Assembly (NCBI GenBank): GCA_001600815.1
Contig: BCKZ01000006.1
Span: 62,001-126,000, forward strand
Direction: 5' to 3'
Length of the DNA stretch: 64,000 bases
From: Alloascoidea hylecoeti
Taxonomy: Eukaryota
Positions 46,338 through 58,225 of this stretch are shown here, in pieces. Under the pieces are notes generated by a model. It had not been told where the DNA came from, made no database searches, and saw nothing but the letters and a program-made list of their open reading frames with translations. Made by a program: the position numbers and the translations under genes. Position 1 is the first letter of the stretch. Each line of letters begins with the position of its first letter.

Positions 46338-47919
46338 TTGAAACTTATAACTAAAGAAATATATAGAAATCTAATTCATATAAAAGGATAAGGACACCTC
46401 TTATATAGCTAGTGAAATACGTAAAATAGTGTTATAAATAACGTTATGGGTACATGTGATGGCCTTTCTCTTTTTTTTTTTTCTTTTCAACATCTCATTG
46501 TAAGTATATTTTTGCTGATTATAGCCTATATTATAATTTTGATATAAATTTTAACATTGGGAAGGAAACTAATCAACCAAGTTGTATACATGTAATATTT
46601 AATCATGATACTTTTTTCTATTATTACCTTAATTGGTGAATGATGTTACTTAATATGTGTAAATTATGATTAACTAATATGAATATGATATATGCATTGT
46701 TGTCATTGATGGTTCTCGATTATGAATGATAGTTTTGATTAATTTAAGAGTACGTTGATAAAGAATTAGATCTACGTATGAACAACTATGAAGCCACATG
46801 TTTTAATTATGAACCATGAACCATGATTATACAAAATTATAGAAAAGCCTTCCATTTTTTCATTATTTATTTATCATATCATAATTTTGAAGTAAATTAA
46901 TTAGTCATTCATTAGGGACCGCGTTTGGCATCAAGGAATAACGAGGATTTGGCGCAAACGGCTAAAACTAATTAGTTTGAACTTTGAAGCAGCATGCCTA
47001 TTAATGAAACTTGATCAGATTGCTATATTTGCTTTCTAGCTCTATATTACATAATCCAACTTTAGCATAGGAAGTAATTAATTCCAGAGTTAACGTTATC
47101 ATTACCGTAAGGATGCGGAGAATACCGAAGTGTAACAATCTATGCTGTTACTAGCCTGTTAGCAATGGTAATTGCAGATACGTTATGACATTCCAAATGA
47201 TCCTGTTAAAAACGGTTATACGTTAATAGTAACGTTATATTAAACGCACATCATTGGTCTTTAGCTCCTTCAAATGTCCAACTTTAAGACTGTCAAACTC
47301 TTAATGATCTCTGTAGTTGTTACCTATTAATTATTAATATTAGTTATGTTTGCTCTAGAAAGAAGGCAAAAATATTTTTTATAATTTTATTATTACCTTA
47401 TTCCCCATAATTTTTTCTCTAAAAATATACTTTTAAAAAGTTATAATGAAATTAAAGCCTTGCATATAAATTACTATTGTAATTTCGTGGAAGCAGGTAT
47501 GTTTTATGCATCTGTTTTCACAAATTAAAAATTATAAAATCAATCAATCATATATTTTCCAAAAGGACAAACAAAGTAATTAAAAAATATAGAATAACCA
47601 CGGAGTTGCGTGTTGCGAGTTCTTGCGAGTTACGCGTAGTGGGGTTTATTACAGGAACCGGTCCCTTGATCAATAAAAAATTTTATGACCCTTACATATT
47701 AGGGTAAGTTGCCTAAATCGCGAGTGTCCTACCAATCGTGACTTCGGTCGTTAATTAAAGTTGGACTAAGCTTTCTTGAAAACCACTCCTATTTGAAAAA
47801 ATAATATTATACCCAGCTACTGAATTCTCTTCAACACTTTAAACGGTTATTAAAATAGCCCATAATATTCCATATGTTCCGTAGATACTGGAGATAATAT
47901 TAGTGTTTAAAAAATATCT

Positions 47920-48945
47920 TTTTAAGGTTGACACCTAATATATTAACTCTATAAACGGCTGTCACTCCAACTAGGAGGCTTAGAGTATCAATGTCTAATC
48001 CATGAGGTCCCAATATTTTGGAAAAGACTCAAAAAATAGATCTTTCTTCAATTACACATCATGTTAAAAGCACATAACGTAATTCTTGGCTTGCGATACA
48101 CTTTTTTGAGGAGATCCCATATGCGCTCAAATGGATTTAGGCCCGGTGAAAAGGAGATCATTCCAACACCTCTATTCTCTTGTCATAAAACCAATTCATC
48201 GTTATTCCAGTTTGATGGATAGGTGTATTGTCCTCAGAATCAAAGGCCTCTTCTAGATGTTTCATGTAGGAAGGTGGGGTCACAGGGGTGGCTCTTTTTT
48301 TTCTCCTATTAAGAATCTAAGATCCCCAACCCATATATACAGTGAAGTACGATCTCTTTTCCAAATTTCAGTCCATATCATACTATAAATTTTTTAAAGT
48401 TCAAAGCTTAAGGTCTGTCATGGTGACCGTTGTAGAGCATATACTTTTTCAGATTCCGATCCTGTAATGACCGAACTTTCATCACTAATACAACGATATC
48501 CCAAACCTGCTGAGACTACTCTAATCTATCTTTAGATCATATCTCCTAATATGTTGGTTCTTATTATTCAAAAAAGGGCTTCAAATTCCGATAATATTCC
48601 ATATCCATGGTTCTACAGAAGGGTTCTCACTTCTTAGATCTTTGATATATATTCTAATGTTGAACTTTGAAACTAGCTTCTTCAACGTATTCAAGGGGGA
48701 CCCTTTCATATATGTTCTTTGTTTGTTGAAGTATTATGCGAGAAGAGTTGTTAGCGTGTATATTTTTACACAATTAACCATACCATACAGTGGAGGGATT
48801 ATTCTTAATCCTTCTGCCTATTTCAGCAATTGAGAAGTCATGTTTAATCAGATTACATATATTCAATCAACTAATTCGGTTACGATTGCCTTTTAAAACT
48901 ACTTTCGTCTGAAATATGGCTTTAGCGGATTTCTAGAAAGTCATT
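47920..48945 (-). mobile_element. Decayed Tc1-family (DD34E) transposase pseudogene, near full length
   Basis: Minus-strand fragments in order: FSIAEIGRRIKNNPSTVWY (HTH), EVRTLL*NHGY, *SKDRLE*SQQVWDIVV/SDES (48486-48475), SMIWTEIWKRDRTSLYIWVGD, SYMKHLEEAF, EDNTPIH (48235-48215), WFYDKRIEVLE*SPF/SPGLNPFERIWDLLKK; 34 residues between second D and E after repairing a 1-nt deletion; boundaries approximate. Confidence 0.88.
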
Positions 48946-49224
48946 CTAGCCTAATTCTAGGTAATTTTATCTAAAAAGATAAAGCTTAGAAACTTTAATA
49001 AAAGAGAAACACTAATAGATTCTTTACCTACCTTTTTATACAGGCAATAGATAGATAGATTTGTTAGAACATGTCTAAATCTAGAAAAGCTATAGCTAAA
49101 TGTATATATATCAAATGTTATAATAATTATGTTTAAAAATGATAAAAGAAATAAGAAGAAAAAAATTAATAAAAAAAAAATTAATATACAAATCTTCAAT
49201 TTTAAATTTTTTAAATTTTTTTTC

Positions 49225-49407
49225 TTAAAGTAATCCACTATATTGCATCTGATCGTCATCGTTTAAAATTTTCATTTTATTATTAAAATTATTATTATTT
49301 ATAGTATTTTTCTCTGGTTGCTTTGGAATAGGTTTTTCAAATGATTGAATTTGCTTTTTATCATAATATTTTGTTAGTGCTGAAAAAACATTTGTCATTA
49401 GTCCTTG

Positions 49408-49443
<36 letters not shown>

Positions 49444-52011
49444 TTGATTATTATTATGATTATTATTATTGGTGTTATTGTTATGGTGTGTTCCTATTTG
49501 ATTATTTTGTGGTTGTTGTTGTGATAAAGTTGAATTAATACTTCTATATTGTTGTAATCCTGGAGCAGGAGATCTATTTCGTATTCCAGGAGTTGAAGAT
49601 TTTGAACCAAATAAGTTACCCATCGTTTGAATATTTAAATTTTGTTCTTGAATTCTATTCCTTGTATATCTATTACTATCTAAAACAGTACCTCTAAAAG
49701 AACTACTTGATCTTGATTGTAATTGTAAAGGTGTTTGAATTCTATTAATATTAAAAGGAATATTTGTTGTTGTATGTGAATCTCTTCTATATTGTTGAAA
49801 TGAATTAGTTATAGATTCATCATCATATTGATCATTTAATAATAAACTTTTATTATTATTGTTGTTGTTGTTGTTATTGGTATTAATATTTTGTATATCT
49901 TTATATTCTTTTTCTTCTAATTGTTTTGATAATTTTTTAAGATATTTTGTTAAATGTTCATTATGTTTTTTTAAAATTTCATTTTGACGTTTTAAACTTC
50001 GATCTTTTTTATTATTTTTATTCTTTTCATTTTCATTTTCATTTTCATCGTTATATTTTAATTGTGATTTAAATTCTTTTTCTTTTTCATCATCTATTGT
50101 AATTACATCTAAATCTGGAGTTGTTTGACTTGTTTCAATTTTTGTTTCATCTAATTCTTCATTTTCAGTTTCATTTTCAGTTTCAATTTCATTATTATTT
50201 TTATTTGAAACTGAAATTGAATTAGTTCTAGAAAGTAATTCTTTTATAACAACACTTGTTCTATTTGTTGATTGTAATTCCTTTTTAACTTTTTTAATAA
50301 ATTCAAATTCTGATTCATGCTTATTTATAGAAGTAATAGTATGATGATTATGATTACGATTAGGATGATAATTTGGACGTTTAAATTCAATTGTTGTATG
50401 ATCTGATTGAATATCATCATCATTGAAATTTTGATTATCATTTTCATCGATGCTTGTTTTTAGTTTTAGATCTTCATTTATACTCGATCGATTATAATTA
50501 TTATGAGTAGGTTCTTCTTTCTTGATATCTTTATCAAATTCATTAATATTTATATTGTTGTGTTTCCATAATTTTGAAGTTGAAGTTGAAGTTGAAGTTG
50601 AATTTGAATTTGAATTTGGAGTTGAAGTTGAAGTTGGAGATAATGATGATTTTGAATTTGACTTTAAATTTGGTATTGGTGATATTGAAGATTTTGAATT
50701 TGAAGCTGAAGTTGAAGTTGGTGATAATATTGATAATTTTGATATTTCTTTTTCATTATCAATCCCACTAAAATTTAAAATATCCATTTGAAAATCTTTT
50801 TTCAATTCTACACTTAAATTATTATTTTCATCATGATTATAAGAATTTAATGTTGAAGTTCTTGATATTGGTCTTAAAATATTAAATTTCCTTTCACCTT
50901 CAATTTTTCCATTTCCATTTATCTTTTCATTCCCATTTATATTTATATTTATATTATCTTTATTATGATTTGTAGATCTGATTTCTTCTTCTTCATAATT
51001 ATAAATTGATTGATTATCCAAACTTGTATTAATTGATCTATCATGAACAATTTTTAAATCATCTAATTCTTTTAATAATAAAAGTTTTTCATCATTAATT
51101 TTATTTAATTCTTGTTTTTTTAAAATTAAAGAATTTTTTAAATTTAAATTTTCAAAATTTAAATCATTTAATTGATTATTTAATAAATTTAATTGATTTT
51201 CAAAATTTAAACATTTATTTTGTAAATTTATTAATTCTTTATGATCAATTGATGAAGATGATGAATTTGAATGAGAATTTGAATTTGAATTTAAGTTTGA
51301 ATTTAATAATTCTTTATTAATTGATTCCAAATTTAATTTTAAATCCGATATAATATTTTCATAAATTTCAATTTCTTCAAATTTTTTAATATTTGATTTT
51401 TCAATTAATTCATTTAAATTTGAATTTTCAATTTTTAAATTTTTTATATTTAAATTTAATTGTTTATTTGAAGAATTTAAATTTATATTTAGTTGTTCTC
51501 TTTCGTAAATTTCATTTTCTAAAAAATCAATTTCATTTTGGAAATTTTCAATTCTATTTAAAGAAGATTTTAATAAAGATTCAAAAGTTTTGTTTTGATT
51601 TTTAGATATTGACAATAAATTTGATAATTCATTTATTTTTATTTTATAGTATTGTTCTCTGTCTTTTATTGGGATATTTGCCCGTTCTCTTTCGTTATAA
51701 TCGCTTATAGCATAGCCTCGAACATCTCGACTTGGATCACGACTCGGATAACGATCGCGATTGATGCTCCTGTTGAAATTGGTACTGTTTGTTACTCGAG
51801 AGCTTGTGGTTCCGATGCTTCGGGTGTCGAAACTGTACTCGGAGCCGTAGTCGTATTCATAGGCTTGTTCCGGGATGGAGTACGAGACCGAGTGCGTCCG
51901 GGAGGCGTGGGGGGCGTGGGAGGGCTGCGAGGGCTGCGAGGGTCGCGAGGGCTGATCGTTCGGGTCGTAGGATGAATCGGTATCGATACCGAACAGAGAC
52001 AGGTTATCCAT
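49225..52011 (-). CDS. Unassigned Asn-rich coiled-coil protein (928 aa)
   Basis: First ATG at 52011 (MDNLSLFGID); long heptad-like L/N/E/K region, second coil LKRQNEILKKHNEHLTKYLKKL; poly-N and dipeptide repeats. Confidence 0.78.
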
Positions 52012-52158
52012 GCTTGGTTTGTTCGGGAATAGTACTTCCGAGGGTCTACACAGGAGTGCTCGGGTGCTCGGGTGCCTGTGGGTGTCTGTGGGTGCCTGTG
52101 GATCTGGAGTGCCGTTAGCCTCAACCCTCAAATGTCTGAATAATGTCAAGCACAGACA

Positions 52159-52166
52159 CACGTGAC
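52159..52166 (-). promoter_or_regulatory. Cbf1-type site GTCACGTG in divergent promoter
   Basis: Plus strand CACGTGAC midway between ATGs at 52011 (-) and 52301 (+); similar ATCACGTG at 26446-26453 and 59406-59413 upstream of other genes. Confidence 0.5.
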
Positions 52167-52300
52167 AGAAGCTCGTTTCCACACCAACGGGTGCACGGGC
52201 TTATATTAGCTAATCACCAGCATTGGCAGTTAATTACTCCTTCGATTTTCTTTCTTCCAGTTCTCTCCTCTTTTCTCCTTTTTTCTATTTTATCGTAAAA

Positions 52301-53727
52301 ATGTCTGAAGTATGTCATATTTGTTGTTTTGGATCTGCCTTTACCTAATTAGAATCCTAACCTTCTTTGTTGTATTAGAATGCGGTTCGTGAAGATCCCT
52401 GGTCCGACATTGGGGGCTGGCAAGATAACGAAAACGTCTCCGCCAATTCAAATCTTAATAGAAATAAAAACCTGCTTTCTCAATCTGAAGCAATTGAAAC
52501 TTATGTCACTGAAACTTTCATTAACGATTGGTATAAAAATACTTCTTTAATTGTATCTTCTTGTTTTTTCGCATGGTTATTAGCTCATTGGGGTTTTGGT
52601 CTTGGCTATTTTATAGTTGTGTTGGCGTTTTCAACTATTGTTTATAGATCAACAATTCGTAGATTTTCAAGAAATATAAGAGATGATATGAAAAGAAAAG
52701 ATGTAATTGAAAGATTAACAAAAGAAAATGAAACAATGGAATGGATGAACATGTTTTTAATTAAATTTTGGATCATTTATATGCCCGAATTAAGTAGAAT
52801 GGTATTATTACAAGCAAATCAAGTTTTAGCTGGTTCTGCTCCTGGTTATGGTGTTGAATCTTTATCTTTAGATGAATTCACTTTAGGTACAAAACCTCCA
52901 AGAATTGAAATGGTTAAAACTTATCCACAAAGAGAAAAAAAAGATATTATTGAAATGGATTGGAAAGTTTCTTTTGATCCAAATGATATTGTTGATATGA
53001 CTTCAAGACAATTAAAAACTAAAATTAATCCTAAAGTTGCTTTAGGTGTGAGAGTTGGTAAAGGCTTTATATCAAAATCTTTACCAATTTTAGTTGAAAA
53101 AATGTCCTTTGAGGGTTTAATGAAATTTAAAATTCAATTTATGGAAGATAAATTACCACATATTAAAATGTTATCTGTTCAATTTATTGAACCACCAAAA
53201 ATTGATTTTTCTTTAAAACCTGTTGGTGGTGAAACTTTAGGTCTTGATATAATGTCTTTTTTACCAGGTTTAAGTTCTTTTATTTCTGGTATTATTGATT
53301 CTGTAATGGCTCCTATGTTATACGCTCCAAATCAAATGGATATTGATATCGAAGCTATCTTTGATGCTCAAGCAAATACTGGTGCAATTGGTGTTTTGGC
53401 TGTAACTTTAAATTCTGCAAGTAACTTAAAAACAAAAGGTGGTGTTGCAAATACAAATGATCCATATATTGTTTTAAATGTAGAAAATTCTTCAAATGCT
53501 TTAGCTACAACTACAACACAAGAAATTTCTGAAAGAACTGAAATTATAAGTGATACAAATTCTCCACGTTGGAATGAAACTAAATATCTATTAATTCAAA
53601 ATTTAGAACAATCAAAATTAAAATTATCATGTTTTGATTTTAATGATTTTAGAAAAGATTTTAAAATTGGTGAAACTATTTTTAATTTAAATCAATTTTT
53701 AGAAGAACAACAAAATGCAGATAATTC

Positions 53728-53764
<37 letters not shown>

Positions 53765-56692
53765 AATGTTAAAATTAAAAAATTTAATAATTTAGAATCG
53801 GCTCTTGAAAGAGATGGTTCATCACAAGGTCAATTATCATATAGTGTTAATTGGTTCCCAGTTTTAAAAGGTAATCAATTACCTGATGGTACAATTGAAC
53901 CACCACCTGATACAAATACTGGTATTTTAAAATTAACAATTCATGAAGCAAATAAATTAGACACTTCAAAATCAATGGTTGGTCAATTATCTCCATATTG
54001 TGAATTTAAATTTAATAATGAATCAAAGTTAAAAACAAGATCATTAAAAAGAATTAATCAGCCAAATTGGGAAGAAACAACTGAATTTTTAGTATTAAAT
54101 AAATTAAAAAATAATAAAGTTTCATTAACAATTTTTGATAATTCTCTTGGTAATGATCCTGTTATTGGTTCATATAAAGCAAAATTAAATGATTTGATAA
54201 TTGCTTCAAATTCTGGTTTAAGTTGGGTTAATTTAAAACCTTTTGGTCAATTACGTATAACTGCTGAATGGAAACCAATTACATTAAAAGGTTCTTTTGA
54301 AAATAATTCAATTATTGAACCAATTGGTGTTGGTAGATTATATTTTAAGAGAGCTAAAGGTTTAAGAAATTTGGAAACTGTTGGTAAAGTTGATCCATAT
54401 GTTAAAGTTTTATTAAATGGTTATAATCGTGGTAGAACATTAATGCATCCATCAACATTAAATCCTGAATTTAATGAAGTTTTATTTTTTACAATAAATT
54501 CAAAAAATAGTATTATAACTGTTGAAGTATTAGATGCTGAAAATTTTGGAAAAGATCGAACTTTAGGAAATTTTACAATTAAATGTAGTGATTTTTTAAA
54601 ACAAGATGAAGATGGAAATTATTTAACTTTTAATGATGGTAAAGATCATGAAAATGAATTAACTATTCAACAAAAGGATCCAAAGGGGAAACTTATTTAT
54701 AATTTTTCATTTTTCCCAACTGTACCTGTTTATACAATTGATGAAATTAAAGAAATTGAAGAAAAAGAAAAAGAACTTGAAATTGAAAAACAAAAACAAG
54801 AACAACTTGAATTGAATAAAAATAATAAAGAAGGTGATAAAGAAAATAATAATACAAAAGAAGTATCTTCAAGAAAGTCAATTGATAGTTCAAGAAAATC
54901 AATTGATTCAAGAAGATCATTTGATAGTTCAATATCATCACGTAAATCATCTGATTCATTAAGACCTGAAAAATTACAATTATCATTAGATGAATTAATT
55001 CAATATAGATCTGGTGTTATATCTTTTAAATTTACTGAAGTTAAATTACCAGAAAATAATTTATTTATTCATATTTTATTTGATAATTATGTTTATCCAT
55101 CAATTTCAACAGGTAAAATTACAACAAGAAATGGTAAAATTTTAGAAACTGGTGAAGCAGTTATTAGAGAATTAGAATATTCAAAAGTAACTATTCGTTT
55201 ATCAAAAAATGAATTTATTAAAAATGATAATAATAATGACATTATTGCAGAATCAAATTTTAGTACTTTATTATTAATTAAAAAATTTTATAATAATGAA
55301 AATAATTTAAATACTTTAAATTTATCTTCATTAATGAATGAAAATAAAATTATTGCAAATTTAAAATTAGAAATTCAATTTTTCCCATGTGAAATTTTAT
55401 TAAATGAAATTGATAAAATCACAAATACTGGTTTATTAAGATTAGATATAATTGATGCAAAAAATTTAATATCTGCTGATAGAAATGGTAAATCTGATCC
55501 ATATGCAAGAATTACTTTAAATGATGAAAAGATTTTTAAAACTGATGTTATTAAAAAAACTTTAAATCCTACTTGGAATGAATCATTTGAATTTGGTTTA
55601 CCTTCAAGAGTAACAGATAAAGTTGGTATTGATATTTGGGATTGGGATATTGGTTTAGGTGAAGATGATTATTTAGGTGGTGCAATTTTGAATCTTTCTT
55701 CATTAAATCCTTTGGAACCAACTACTTTTAATTTAAAATTATTAGATGAATCTGGAAAACCTGGTAATTTTGGTGAAGCTTCAATTAAAGCTCATTTTAA
55801 ACCTGAATATATTAGACCAAAAATGGCTAAATTAAATGGAACTCTTACTGCTGTACCAGGTAAAGTGATTACAAATGTTGCTGGTGCTCCAATTAAAGGT
55901 GTTTCTGCAGTTGCAGGTATTGCTGTTGGTGGAATATCGAAAGGTGGAACTTTCTTAAAAGATGCAATTAGAGGTAAAAAGAGAAGAGAATCAAATGCAA
56001 GTTCAAAACATCCTGAACAAATTAATACCAATGCAAATGCAACTTTTAATGGGAATTCTAATACAAATTCTAATAGTAATGGAGTTGAGAATTCAAGTTT
56101 ACAACAATCAGCTACTACTCTTTCTCCAAATGATAATACAGAACGAAATGATACAGGATCTATAAGTCCAAGTAATCATTCTCGTACACATAGTAGAAAA
56201 ATATCTTCATTTTTCAATCAACAACCACATCAACAAGATAATTCTAGTACTTTAAGTGATCATGACGAAGTTTCATCATTGACTAAATCTTATAAATCAT
56301 CTGGCACAGAGCAATCAAATGGTAAAGTAATACCTGGTCGTTTAGGAATTATATCAGCCTCAAATTTTAATGATTTTTCAAGTGGTCATATTCAAGTTAA
56401 GATTTCTATATTATCACCATCAAATTCAAATAACAAAGATATATATAAGACAAAAGGTCTTAAACCATCATCTGATGGAACAGTAAGATGGCAAGAATCA
56501 ATCCCTTTTAAAGCATCACCAGATTCACAACTTGAATTTAAAATTCGTAATAAGAAAAGTTTAGGAAGAGAAGATCAAATTTCAACCGGTGTTTTATCAT
56601 TAGCAGATGCTTCAAATACTGGTGATATGATTGTTGTTCAAGCTGGTGATAGACAACTTTTTGTAAATGTTAGTTTCAATCCGGTTGCTTAA
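52301..56692 (+). CDS. Tricalbin (SMP + multiple C2 domains, ER-PM tether); exons 52301-52309, 52379-56692
   Basis: ATG TCT GAA then 69-nt intron 52310-52378 (GTATGT..TCCTAAC..TAG); hairpin TM segment, ETMEWMNMFLIKFW..FTLGTKPPRI (SMP), C2 motifs GKVDPYV and ADRNGKSDPY..KKTLNPTWNE. Paralogue (TCB1/2/3) not resolved. Confidence 0.94.
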
Positions 56693-57034
56693 AAACAGAA
56701 ATCCTTTACTTTAAATCTATTTTTATTATATGAAAAAGGTGAGGGGGGGAAAAAAAAAATATTGGTATAAATATACCTAACTGTCTTTTAGAAGTTTTAC
56801 AAAAGTTTTTTGTTTTTATTCTCATATATTTTTTTTAATTAATTCATATTATTTATAATATATAATGTTTTTTATCTATTTACTGTTTATTTAAATTTTG
56901 GAGAGATCATAAGAAACTAGTATAGGTATATATATTTATTTTCGAAAGTACTTTAGTGATAATGCAATTGATTTTGATACTTTATGTTTACTCAATTTTT
57001 ATGATTTCATATGCAAATTAAAGTTGATTGGAAT

Positions 57035-57103
57035 TTACCCGGACGTCTAATTTAGGAAATGCAAGTCACAATATTTCAGTCTGAAGTTTACGCTGTGTGA
57101 CTG
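57035..57103. promoter_or_regulatory. RPL6 promoter: Reb1-type TTACCCGG and Homol-D box TGTGACTG with inverted AGTCACA partner
   Basis: TTACCCGG 57035-57042, AGTCACA 57064-57070, TGTGACTG 57096-57103. Confidence 0.6.
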
Positions 57104-57239
57104 CAAAAATCGTCGAGTAGAGAGAGAAGTGTACGCGTATATATCAGTCCGCTGCGAAACAACCTCCACTCAAAGGATGGTTACTTTGAATCTTGCAACT
57201 ATTTGTTCAAATAGACCAACAATCAAATAATTACCAAGA

Positions 57240-58225
57240 ATGAGTATCCAGACAAAGAAGATTGGAGGAGTATGTTTATGATAATAAATACATATTCATA
57301 AGATTTTTTATTTGAAAATGGTTCAAACGATAGACAAAGTTGTTTAAAGAGTAAAAATTGATATCAATAAATGTATTGGTACATTTGATAACAACAATTT
57401 GTGAATATAACAATTTTGCGACTTCAATAACGAATGAAAATGATATGATCCGATTGGGAATGCTTATTTTTAATGGAGTAAATAAATCTCTGGATATTAA
57501 AAATGATTGTTTTAATTGAAATATATTAAGCAGACCAACAAGATAGGCTTACTGATTTCAATTAAGAATATCTAATATAATAATTTTGTCTATCTTTGAA
57601 TCACGAAAGAATCTCGGGAATTACTATCTGTATTATCAACTGATAAACTAACCATGTTTTACTATAGGCCAAGAACGGTGGTGAAAGAACTATTCCAGCT
57701 GCTAAAGCTCCAAAATGGTACCCAGCCGAGGACGCACCAGTCGCTAAGAATACTAGAAAGTCTTCTCGTCCCCAAAAGCTCCGTGTTTCTTTACAACCAG
57801 GTGCCGTTTTAATTTTACTTGCTGGTCGTTTCCGTGGTAAGAGAGTTGTCTACCTTAAGGCTTTGGAAGATAACACTTTATTAGTCACTGGTCCATTCAA
57901 AGTCAACGGTGTCCCATTGAGAAGAGTTAATGCTCGTTATGTCATTGCTACTTCCACTAGTGTTCCAGTTGGCTCTGTTGATGTTTCAAAATTCAACGTT
58001 GCTTATTTTGCTCGTGAAAAGGCTACTAAGAACGCCAAAGGTGAAGCTGAATTTTTTGGTGATGCTACTGAAAAGAAGGTCGTTAAGGCTGACCGTATTG
58101 CCGACCAAAAGGCTGTTGATAAGGCACTCCTAGCTGAAATCAATAAGACCTCCCTTTTGAAACAATATCTCAATAGTTCTTTCAGTCTAAAGAATGGTGA
58201 TAGACCACACCTTTTGAAGTTCTAA
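57240..58225 (+). CDS. RPL6: 60S ribosomal protein eL6; exons 57240-57269, 57668-58225
   Basis: [90 protein letters not shown]; 398-nt intron GTATGT..AACTAAC..TAG. Confidence 0.97.

Noticed and set aside
47920..48945. RIP-like mutation signature in the Tc1 relics
   Set aside because: Stops include both TGG>TAG and TGG>TGA, so there is no clear CpA specificity; general AT bias explains them and no consensus is available to polarise changes.
47500..49200. Terminal inverted repeats and TA target duplication for the Tc1 relic
   Set aside because: No matching inverted pair found by eye; TAGTGGGG at 47637 has no partner.
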